Shown here piece by piece: positions 22,801 through 29,500 of a DNA stretch of 29,500 bases. Within the stretch, counting starts at the first letter, position 1, and every line of letters starts with the position of its first letter. Made by a program: the position numbers and the translations under genes. The notes under the pieces are model-generated. The model worked only from the letters and a program-made list of their open reading frames with translations, was not told the DNA's origin and made no database searches. The stretch is from Chiloscyllium plagiosum (Eukaryota). The stretch lies in NCBI RefSeq assembly GCF_004010195.1, contig NC_057719.1, forward strand, positions 48,100,119 through 48,129,618. Reading direction: 5' to 3'.

Positions 22801-25800
22801 GTGAGTCCAAAACCTTACTATACAGTAATCAAGACTGGAAAAAGAAATTATTTTCTATTGAAGTATGCCGCAGCATTGATAAGTGGGAATACAGAGGGTA
22901 GAGATCATTTTGAGGTAAATTTGCAAGAGTTGCGGATAATCAATGTGCACAGAGCATAAAGATGAAAACGGCCTTGGTACATTTGCACTAATGTATAACT
23001 GACTTCCAAGTTGTAGGAAGGGAATTTACAGTCGATGAAATGAAAGGATTGATACCCAGTTTTCTGGGCATTCTAAATTATATTGAGATGGCGAGGGAGC
23101 AAATGCAGAAAGGAATTTTCCAAAATATAAAGAGGACTTAAAGTTTTGCATAAAGATTTGTAACTCAGGTGCCACATGCTGTGGTTGTGGGTATGTTTGC
23201 CAAGCTGGGAAGTTAACTTGCAGACACTTTGTCCCCTGTCTGGGTGACATCTGGTGCTTTGAAGCCTCCTGTGAAGCTCTGCTGTACTGTCTTCTGGAAT
23301 TTATTTGGTGAAATGTCACAACAGATCCGAAGTGTTATGTCTGGATTGGATAACTTGTAAAATCTCTGGTGTTATTGCCTTCTAGTTTAATCTTTTATAG
23401 GTTTATCGTAGCTATTAGTCCTTTTTTTTTTGTGTAGTGCATTTTGTTTTATCGATTCCATTAAAACGTCTCAACTGACAGCCAGACTTCTCCTAGCACT
23501 CAGATTCCTGACAGCCCATAACCCAACTGCCACACTCTGACAACAACTCACCCGGGACAAAAGATCCAATATCCAATAGGCTTAAAGTGATATCAAAACA
23601 TGAGATGGAGCTAATCATTTTGAAGATCAAAAGATATGTTGATGAGGGAATGTGTTAGAAAAGAGTAGATGGAACTTGTTGAACTGTTAAAATTGTAATG
23701 GAGAAAATGAAGCGAGTTCTAGATTCCAGCACTAGCTGTGGAATTGAGAAAACGGGAGGAAATTAATCTCTAATTAAGGCCTAAGATATTCTAGAGTATT
23801 ATGTACAATATTCACCTCCCAAAGGAAGAATATTGCTTTTACAGAGAGCACAGAATATTCACTTTGTATATCCTCTCCAACAGCGTTCTAAGTTTGAGTG
23901 ATGGTTTTTGAAAATTCAATCTGTAAAACCGAACGTTTAAAATGACTGCATTTAAAATTGAAAAGATGCATCTGTAAGAGTAAAGCAAACAGTTTCCAAT
24001 AAATTAATTATCAAGAATGTGAGATTAACTGCAAGAGATTTGGAGCAAAGAGTAGGCCGAAGTTCTTTGCTCACCATGGAGGATTTGGAATTCATTTTCT
24101 GGATTATTTGCCAAGGCAAGATCTCTTGGCATGTAAGTTTAAATTGAACAAATGAAAATGGATAATGCAATATGAAGTCAGACCAGTTGTGTGATCACTG
24201 AACGGTAAGTACTGATATGGGCTGGTTTGGCCAGATGTTATAATTCCATCTTGTGAAGTTGTATTTAATCAAGTTGTACAGACTGAGTGCTGCTGGTTCG
24301 TTCTTTGGATATTTTTGATTTTACCCAGGACAGTTGCCACAAGCATCCTGGATTTGGAAGGCAAAATTTGCTCAGGGTTTTACTTTCTGAACATTTTTCA
24401 GTATAGTCCTGCTACAGCATCTGACCCACCAAGCTTGATTGCACTCATTAAAAACAGAGCGGATGCTGTAAATCAGAAACAAAAACACAAATTGCTGGAA
24501 AAGCTCAACAGGTCTGGCAGCATCTGTGGAGAGAAACCTTGAAAAGGTCACTGAACCTGAAATGTTAACTCTGATTTCTCTCCACAGATGCTACCAGACC
24601 TGTTGAGCTTTTCCAGCAATTTCTTCTGTTTTTGTTGTTGACTGCACTCCCATTGTAATTTTCATAAAATTACAGACCATTTTGTCAAGATGCTAAAATG
24701 AATGTTGTCTGTCTGCCACAAAGGCCCTGATTCTTCGGGAGAGTCAGGGAAAGAAAATTGAACTAGTTTGTTCCTTGAACTGTTGCTGTAATAAATGTTT
24801 GTGTTTTTGTCACTTCTGAAGTTTCTATCAATACTTTGATCTTTTTGATCACACAGAAGTTATTGTCATACTTTTCACCTCCCTGATGCCTTTTACCTGA
24901 CTGTTGTGGAACCATTAGACCAACCAATGTAAAATGTACTTGCATAGGTCTACTGTGTAAACTTTTGATATTTCTTAATTTGCTTGCTGTACCTCTTGTT
25001 TTCTTAAAGTAAAACTAATGCAGGAAGTACTTGGGTTAGTTGACTTCTGAGAGAGAAAGATGGATGAAATATTACCTTGTCTTTTTCAGATGTGTAAATC
25101 TACTACATTTGCAATTATGTTGATTATCTATTCTGTACTGCAGTTCTGTTGCCTTGGATTGAGCTAACATTTAACATGAATGAAATTGTGAAAATGTATC
25201 CCTCCTTTCGGTCGGCAAACCTTTCAAAGTAGATGTTAAGGTTTCTTTCAAACTTTGTTTTTCTTGTAAATGGAGCAAAGTATGCATTTAGTGATATTTC
25301 ATTTTATATCACAATTGCTAGTCCCCAGATTTTTAAAAAGTCTAATCATAGAATTTCTTGGCTGAACTGAAATGGTTCTTTCTAAAAATAATTAGGAACT
25401 TCGGGAGAAAAACTGGAAAGCAATGGAAGCATTGACATCAACTGAAAAAATGTTGCAGGACAAAGTGAACAAGACAGCCAAGGTTGTAATAAATGTGGAA
25501 ATATTTACAGTAGATGATTTCTGCTGCAATCTGAAAATTAAAATGACTTTAAATTTAAAGATACGTACTTAACTATTGCGCACTGTGCTTGTTCTGCTCC
25601 TTTTCCTGGATCTTTCATTTCATGAATGCATGTCTGTTTTGTTGATTTTATTTTAAATTTAGCGTGCAGGATCTTAGGCTGTTTTGCTTGCCAGTTTTTG
25701 TTTGTTGCCCTCCTTGGGCCCACTCTCTCTTTCTTTATATTTTCCCCCCCATTGCCAACCCACTGTCCTAAGACAGTCAGCTTGTGAACATGCTTCAAGG

Positions 25801-26876
25801 CCTGTGCCAATATTGTGAAGTAACTGGATATTTGGAGCTGATGAGGAAACTCATGTGCTTTTTGTTCTATTTCTTCTCATTGACAAATGACTTCCCAAAC
25901 CATCTCCCCAGTTTACGGTTGAGAATATCAAAAGGTCAACGGTGAAATTCTCATACCCCTTGTCATATGTGGCATGGTGTATTGATATACCAGTGTGCTG
26001 TGTCACTGCTTGCTTGCTTGCCACTTTGTGTATAATTCTGTAAATTATTATGTAATATGTATTTCTTTTTGAGCAGGAGAAAGATCAACAAGTTGCTGCT
26101 GTACAGTCGCTGACTAAAGATGTTTTGAAAAGTTTGTTTCCCAGGGTGTTGGTGCCTTCTACCTTGGTAATTATTGCTTATTTAACACACACAAGTTGCG
26201 TTTTTGTCAAATACGATTGCAAATCAAATTGTGGTTTTACACTTAATTTCTATAGGACATTTTTGATCCTAGCATATGTAGGAACATAAGAGCAGGAATA
26301 CATCCTTCGGCCTCTCTAGCCTGCTCTCCAATACTAGATCACTGCTGATTACTATCTCAATGTGCTTAACCCCAAATCCTTATGTCCTTCAAAAATCTGC
26401 TAATCTATATTCTGAATTTAAATCTTGAGAGCCTTTCAAATTACTTCCTGTACCTGCATGCTATCTTTCAGTGCCTTGTGAAGCAAGTCCCTTTCAACAT
26501 CAACTTTCCAACCTCCCCATTTCTCACAGGAATTGTTTTTTAAAAAAAAATCTTTGTCTTGAAATAATATTTCTTTTAAAATACAGCTGTTGAATTCCAT
26601 TAGTAATTTATAGCTTTTTTTATTCTTTGTTTTCTATTGAGGCAAATTTTAAGGCTTCACTCAAAAGTAGCCACCTCCACAAAGTTTTTATAAGGTTACT
26701 GGAAAAACAATTTAACTTTGGCATGATTTCTGACTTGTGCTTTGTAAGGCAGCAGTATAACTTCCTAATGTGAAAAACGGCTGTTTTGATGCTTACAGGA
26801 ATATTCGGAATGGCTGCAGGAGTTTGAGATAGCGGCACAAAAAAGTTTATCTTCATTGCTAGCAGAGCAAACAAAG
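4811..26876 (+). CDS. KTN1: Kinectin 1, partial multi-exon gene span (17 internal coding exons; gene extends beyond both window ends)
   Basis: 17 exons with AG/GT boundaries and compatible phases join into 388 stop-free codons. QRKKNN|ELREKNWKAMEALTSTEKMLQDKVNKTAK|EKDQQVAAVQSLTKDVLKSLFPRVLVPSTL|EYSEWLQEFE matches recalled vertebrate kinectin (QRKKNNDLREKNWEAMEALASTEKMLQDKVNKTSK...LFPKVSVPSNLSYGEWL). Confidence 0.93.
4932..5022 (+). CDS. KTN1: KTN1 exon, module A2 (91 nt, INEKNEKINFIQSLLESKLCAIESNEKTIQ)
   Basis: ctgtag acceptor, cag|gtact donor, phase 2-0; overlaps ORF 4864-5049. Confidence 0.88.
6572..6678 (+). mobile_element. HE1-like SINE 3' fragment
   Basis: gggtctgggtgggatgttcttcagtggatcagtgtgtacttg resembles 3145-3185. 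Confidence 0.55.
6781..6834 (+). CDS. KTN1: KTN1 exon, module A3 (54 nt, DLQKEKELLSEQAKNAQQ)
   Basis: cttcaaag acceptor, cag|gtaatg donor, phase 0-0. Confidence 0.82.
7092..7129 (+). CDS. KTN1: KTN1 exon, module B1 (38 nt, VSTAPKLDDLEKV)
   Basis: ttcatag acceptor, gtaagt donor, phase 0-2. Confidence 0.88.
7207..7297 (+). CDS. KTN1: KTN1 exon, module B2 (91 nt, ISMQEQEITSLKAALTDSSEAAASKMREIQ)
   Basis: polypyrimidine tract plus tgaag acceptor, cag|gtaacc donor, phase 2-0. Confidence 0.88.
8143..8211 (+). CDS. KTN1: KTN1 exon, module B3 (69 nt, GILQENDELKLQIHQLHLDISKQ)
   Basis: ttttaacag acceptor, caa|gtaagt donor, phase 0-0. Confidence 0.88.
8453..8770 (-). mobile_element. Penelope-like element 3' end
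   Basis: actgcagatgctgga..gctggaagagcacagcaagccaggcagcatc is the reverse complement of the 9755-9822 terminus; followed by a G-rich tract (C-rich in element sense). Confidence 0.7.
9652..9682 (+). repeat. (CAC/CAT)n microsatellite inside PLE
   Basis: ccaccaccaccaccaccatcaccatcaccat. Confidence 0.85.
9706..9739 (+). ncRNA. Minimal type I hammerhead ribozyme motif (weak stem I)
   Basis: CTGATGA-A-GGGC-TCTT-GCCT-GAAA-C-GTT. Confidence 0.55.
10095..10450. mobile_element. Candidate solo LTR
   Basis: starts TGTTA, ends TAACA; flanks GGAG/GAAG (imperfect 4-bp TSD); 356 bp. Confidence 0.4.
10742..10907 (+). mobile_element. Short fold-back PLE terminus (imperfect inverted repeat 10742-10797 / 10812-10867)
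   Basis: tttatttggaagcac vs gtgcttccaaataaa; same family as 3500-3607. Confidence 0.7.
12001..12216 (+). mobile_element. Young fold-back PLE terminus: perfect 83-bp inverted repeat, 15-bp TSD
   Basis: arms 11999-12081 and 12095-12177; atcctatgaagtgaa at 11986-12000 and 12217-12231. Confidence 0.88.
12059..12094 (-). ncRNA. Intact minimal type I hammerhead ribozyme motif
   Basis: - strand ATTC-CTGAAGA-A-GGGC-CTGT-GCCC-GAAA-C-GTC-GAAT: 4-bp stem I, 4-bp stem II, GUC site. Confidence 0.72.
13499..13536 (+). CDS. KTN1: KTN1 exon, module A'1 (38 nt, ADSVSMVAELKET)
   Basis: long T tract plus tttag acceptor, gtaagt donor, phase 0-2. Confidence 0.88.
13611..13701 (+). CDS. KTN1: KTN1 exon, module A'2 (91 nt, LVVKDTKIKKVEDQLEKELLKLEHNEQRFK)
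   Basis: tttcttctgcag acceptor, aag|gtagtt donor, phase 2-0. Confidence 0.88.
13869..13937 (+). CDS. KTN1: KTN1 exon, module A'3 (69 nt, ELQDDHDLLKKQVENVQLLTAEQ)
   Basis: cataaag acceptor, cag|gtaatt donor, phase 0-0. Confidence 0.87.
14640..15030 (+). mobile_element. Degenerate PLE GIY-YIG fragment
   Basis: QVKQQFVCTSFNLVCCI*CLQYGLVYTGKT from about 14702; ends with a TLQP-like motif as in the 9219 element. Confidence 0.6.
15283..15323 (+). CDS. KTN1: KTN1 exon, module B'1 (41 nt, VSTKANLIKESQAM)
   Basis: tcttcttag acceptor, gtaagt donor, phase 0-2. Confidence 0.87.
15396..15486 (+). CDS. KTN1: KTN1 exon, module B'2 (91 nt, IEAKEQEINNLKALLSDSREEIASYVTKLQ)
   Basis: ttttgtttgcag acceptor, cag|gtaatc donor, phase 2-0. 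Confidence 0.9.
15584..15652 (+). CDS. KTN1: KTN1 exon, module B'3 (69 nt, DFQHQNAGLKIQIQQLHEKTNEQ)
   Basis: T tract plus taaag acceptor, caa|gtaaga donor, phase 0-0. Confidence 0.87.
15790..16400 (+). mobile_element. LINE (CR1/L2-group) 3' fragment
   Basis: caagtcaggaatctgaaggaatgctccccacttgcctgaatgggtgcagct..ctcaagaagcttgac; tail ggccagccagcgatgcctacat..tgaat. Confidence 0.75.
16894..16931 (+). CDS. KTN1: KTN1 exon, module C1 (38 nt, DSALLKSEVLLNV)
   Basis: ttccttgcaacag acceptor, gtaagt donor, phase 0-2. Confidence 0.88.
17325..17415 (+). CDS. KTN1: KTN1 exon, module C2 (91 nt, LSEKDKEIDSLLRETDSLKTAVNQQRKKNN)
   Basis: ttttttag acceptor, gtgagt donor; matches recalled kinectin ISEREKEI...DSLKDAVEHQRKKNN. 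Confidence 0.93.
18965..19545 (+). mobile_element. Degenerate CR1 ORF1-end/endonuclease fragment, interrupted by PLE terminus
   Basis: atagctattggaaacatggctg (IAI-ETWL-like), tactataggcccccaaatagt (YYRPPNS). Confidence 0.6.
19324..19440 (+). mobile_element. PLE terminal fragment, same family as 24447-24637
   Basis: ctctgatttctcttcatagatgctgccagacctgctgagcttttctggcaatttctgtttttgtt matches 24569-24636. Confidence 0.7.
19728..20152 (-). mobile_element. CR1 (HER1-like) LINE 3' end
   Basis: - strand EIYKIMK..FFPRV..TRGHTFKARGEKFK (CR1 ORF2 C-terminus) plus gggccaaagggcctgttgctg tail. Confidence 0.85.
21082..21310 (+). repeat. C/T-rich low-complexity tract
   Basis: degenerate CCT/CCGT/CCTG units over about 230 bp. 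Confidence 0.85.
21312..21650 (+). repeat. Tandem duplication, 171 bp + 168 bp
   Basis: copy 1 21312-21482, copy 2 21483-21650; differ by a 3-bp indel and one substitution. Confidence 0.93.
22683..22800 (-). mobile_element. Degenerate PLE terminal fragment
   Basis: actgcagttgctggaaatctgaaataaaa..catctgtggaaagaaaagagttaacg resembles the 24447 family. Confidence 0.5.
23138..23345 (-). mobile_element. Older PLE pLTR related to 29170-29311
   Basis: reverse complement tcacaggaggcttcaaagcac..atgtcacccagacaggggac..gcacctgagttacaaatc..aaactttaa aligns with 29179-29311. Confidence 0.75.
24447..24637. mobile_element. Fold-back PLE terminus (47/48-bp inverted repeat) with 12-bp TSD
   Basis: arms 24489-24536 / 24575-24622; ttgattgcactc (24435-24446) vs ttgactgcactc (24638-24649). 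Confidence 0.8.
25396..25482 (+). CDS. KTN1: KTN1 exon (87 nt, ELREKNWKAMEALTSTEKMLQDKVNKTAK)
   Basis: attag acceptor, aag|gttgta donor; highly conserved kinectin motif. Confidence 0.95.
26077..26166 (+). CDS. KTN1: KTN1 exon (90 nt, EKDQQVAAVQSLTKDVLKSLFPRVLVPSTL)
   Basis: tttttgagcag acceptor, ttg|gtaatt donor; matches recalled ERQQQVEAVE...LFPKVSVPSNL. Confidence 0.93.
26278..26525 (-). mobile_element. Degenerate CR1-type LINE 3' end
   Basis: ggaacataagagcaggaatacatccttcggcctctctagcctgctc tail motif. Confidence 0.55.
26799..26876 (+). CDS. KTN1: KTN1 exon (78 nt, EYSEWLQEFEIAAQKSLSSLLAEQTK)
   Basis: cttacag acceptor, aag|gttagt donor; matches recalled SYGEWLHGFEKKAK...EVK. Confidence 0.92.
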
Positions 26877-27424
26877 GTTAGTTTTTAAAGAAACCATCTT
26901 TTAGAAAAGATTATTGCATTATAGTAACATATACTTTTTTGATTCATTTTGGCTTTTTTCATGTTACTTGTGTCTTTGAGCAAGTTTTCCAGGTAATAGT
27001 TGAGATAGAAATTGAAGTTGTTGGAAAATGTCAGTGGTAATAGCAAAATTTATATAGAAGAAATCAACGTACATGATGGATATATTATGTTTACTGGATG
27101 CATATTGCAAGGCAACATGGGTACTGATGCAATTCAATCATTATTTTGAACAGCATGAATTTCTAAGCATTTCTCAAACACTCTTCCTGACTGCTTCTGT
27201 GGAGCACTATCTCAGATTTTGAGTCAGCAGTACAGCGATCAAATGTGTTGAAGATCTGGCACAGAAAGAAATCTTTTGAGTACTTTCTTCTCCGATGTGG
27301 GGTAATAGAAGCTTATAGAAAATAGTCCATGCTTTTATTTTCTTTAACAAGTACTAGCTTGACAAAACCACTAAATGCTGGTCTCCTTTGTGAATGTCCA
27401 TGAGTGTGTATGTATTTTTATTTA

Positions 27425-27790
27425 ATGGGATGTAGGTGTTGCTAGCATTTATTGACCTTACATAGTTACATTTTAAGGTAGCGACGAACTGGCTCCTTGA
27501 ATTGCTGCAATCCATTAGTATGGATAAACCCGTATTGCTGTTAAGAAGGGAATTCTAGGACTTGGACTCACTGACAGTGAAGGAATGGTGATGTATTTCC
27601 AAATCAGGAAGGCAAATGGGATGGAGGTAATGTTCCCATATATCTGCTGCCCTGTTCTTCTAGACGGTAATGGCTGTGGATTTGAAGTCTCTAAGGAGCT
27701 TTGGTGAATTTCTGCAGTGCGTTTTGTAGATTGCGCACGCAGCTTTTATTGGGTTTCAGTGGTAGAGGGATTGAAATTTTGTGGATATTT
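27425..27790 (-). mobile_element. LINE 3' fragment, same family as 10490-11000 and 15790-16400
   Basis: agcatttattg, acagtgaaggaatggtgatgtatttccaa, ttctgcagtgcgttttgtagat shared with 10500-10960. Confidence 0.65.
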
Positions 27791-29195
27791 CATTCACATT
27801 GCATGAGAAGAAATATGAATGGAAATAGACAAATTAATTGGATTTGAAGTTTATCTTGAAGCCAAAATGAGACTTTGTGTGGATTACTGCATAAAATAAT
27901 TAAACATTGGTGTGATTAGTAATTAGTTGATTCCCTTGCAGCTTTCTCAGCCGAACATGTAAAACCACTAGGTATTTCAATTTTGTCTATCCAGATCATT
28001 GAGTCAAATCAGTTACACCACATGCAATGTTCCCTCTTTTTTTTTGGCTGGCTGCACAGGTCTCTCCAGGGCCCATCCACAGCAAAGACTCCCATGAGGG
28101 AGGTCAGTGCTGTTATTGGTGTGCCAACACTGATTGATTGCCACGTGTGGAATATTGGAGTAGCGGTGCTGTGCAGCCATGCATTTTAGAGGGAGCAAGA
28201 ACTATTTCTCCTCTTATAGATAGTTAAGTCAGTGGTGTGAATGCAATAATTACTTGTCATTACTGAAGGTGTGTAACCATCTGGGAGACTAAGAAAGGGG
28301 AAATAGTATCTGCTTTAGAAAAAAAAATTTACAAAACAACTTGGTTCTTGTGTAGCCACTTAGCAGAGAATATTGACATTGTTGTGGTTCTGTTCACCGA
28401 GCTGGAAGTTTTTGTTGCAAACGTTTCTTCCCCTGTCTAGGTGACACCTTCACACTTCCTGTGAAGTGCTTCTGTGGTGTTTCCTCCGGCATTTATAGTG
28501 GCCTGTCCCTGCCACTTCCGGTTGTCAGTTTCAGCTGTCCGCTGTAGTGGCCGGTATATTGGGTCCAGGTCGATGTGTTTGTTGATGGAGTTTGTGGATG
28601 AGTGCCATGCTTCTAGGAATTCCCTGGCTGTTCTTTGTTTGACTTGCCCTATAATGGTAGTGTTGTCCCAGTCAAATTCATGTTGCTTGTCGTCTGCGTG
28701 TGTGGCTACTAGGTATAGCTGGTCGTGTCGTTTGATGGCTAGTTGATGTTCTTGGTTGCGGATCGTTAGCTGTCTTCCTGTTTGTCCTATATAGTGTTTT
28801 GTACACTAATATAGTGTACAAAATCCCATGCAAGGACTGCACAAAACACTATATAGGACAAACAGGAAGACAGCTAACGATCCGCATCCACGAACATCAA
28901 CTAGCCATGAAACGACACGACCAGCTATCCCTAGTAGCCACACACGCAGACGACAAGCAACATGAATTTGACCTGGACAACACTACCATTATAGGGCAAG
29001 CCAAACAAAGAACCGCCAGGGAATTCCTAGAAGCATGGCACTCATCCACAAACTCCATCAACAAACATCTAGACCTGGACCCAATATACCAGCCACTACA
29101 GCGGACAGCTGAAACTGACAACCGGAAGCGGCAGGGACAGGCCACTATAAATGCCGGAGGAAACACCACAGACGCGTGTCACAGGAGGCTCCCAA

Positions 29196-29235
29196 GCACT
29201 GAGGATGTCACCTAGACAGGGGACGAAACGTTTGC
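29196..29235 (+). ncRNA. Minimal type I hammerhead ribozyme motif in PLE pLTR
   Basis: GCA-CTGAGGA-T-GTC-A-CCT-AGAC-AGG-G-GAC-GAAA-C-GTT-TGC: 3-bp stem I, bulged stem II, palindromic AACGTT stem III. Confidence 0.68.
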
Positions 29236-29500
29236 AACAAAAACTTCCAGCTCGGCGAACAGAACCACAGCAACGAGCACCCGAGCTACAAATCTTGTCT
29301 CAAACTTTGAATACCTACGGGTGAGAAACGCTACGACAAGCCAGGAAATGGGAATCCTGCGCTAACCGCCTAAGCGCCACATACGAACAACTCCGGTTCC
29401 TGCATGAATGCCGAAAGAATCGAATCCTTCCACCATGTGTCAGATACAGACCGCCAGTCAACAATCCACAAGCCAGAGACACAGCCAGACAGAACGGATT
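29205..29500 (+). pseudogene. Candidate PLE ORF N-terminus with one in-frame stop (TGA 29322-29324)
   Basis: MSPRQGTKRLQQKLPARRTEPQQRAPELQILSQTLNTYG*ETLRQARKWESCANRLSATYEQLRFLHECRKNRILPPCVRYRPPVNNPQARDTARQNG. Confidence 0.55.

Larger units (their letters stand above)
28379..29500 (+). mobile_element. Young Penelope-like retroelement 5' end: inverted pLTR (28379-28808), pLTR with GIY-YIG (28812-29311), ORF N-terminus running off the window
   Basis: NIVYKIPCKDCTKHYIGQTGRQLTIRIHEH..REFLEAWHS..SINK GIY-YIG domain; inverted copy upstream; downstream LRFLHECRKNRILP resembles recalled PLE ORF N-terminal FL..C....IP motif. Confidence 0.88.

Noticed and set aside
25396..26876. RRBP1/p180 as gene identity
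   Set aside because: The paralogue shares LREKNWKAMEAL, but STEKMLQDKVNKT, LFP.V.VPS and the upstream module sequences fit recalled KTN1 better
28474..29169. Twin 90-aa ORFs on opposite strands
   Set aside because: Antisense frames of the GIY-YIG region, duplicated by the palindrome
1..29500. CRISPR array or prokaryotic operon
   Set aside because: No regularly spaced repeat-spacer units or long ORFs; the sequence is a spliceosomal vertebrate gene

Overview
AT-rich vertebrate genomic DNA, most likely a shark (inferred from HE1/V-SINE-like, DeuSINE-like, CR1 and Penelope-like repeats). The window is an internal part of kinectin (KTN1) on the + strand. I read 17 GT-AG coding exons between 4811 and 26876 that splice into a stop-free 1164-nt frame (388 codons) of coiled-coil, including the diagnostic QRKKNN-ELREKNWKAMEALTSTEKMLQDKVNKTAK-...-LFPRVLVPSTL-EYSEWLQEFE segment. 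Exons 1-14 are tandem 38/91/69-nt three-exon modules with an apparent higher-order A-B-A'-B' six-exon duplication. The introns are filled with CR1-type LINEs, SINEs and many Penelope-like element (PLE) pieces. Several PLE pieces carry minimal hammerhead ribozyme motifs and form fold-back palindromes, some with target-site duplications. The window ends inside a young PLE (inverted pLTR, GIY-YIG pLTR, hammerhead, then the ORF N-terminus), whose candidate start codon sits inside the hammerhead core. Most ORFs in the supplied track are spurious. All homology calls rest on recalled sequences, not database searches.
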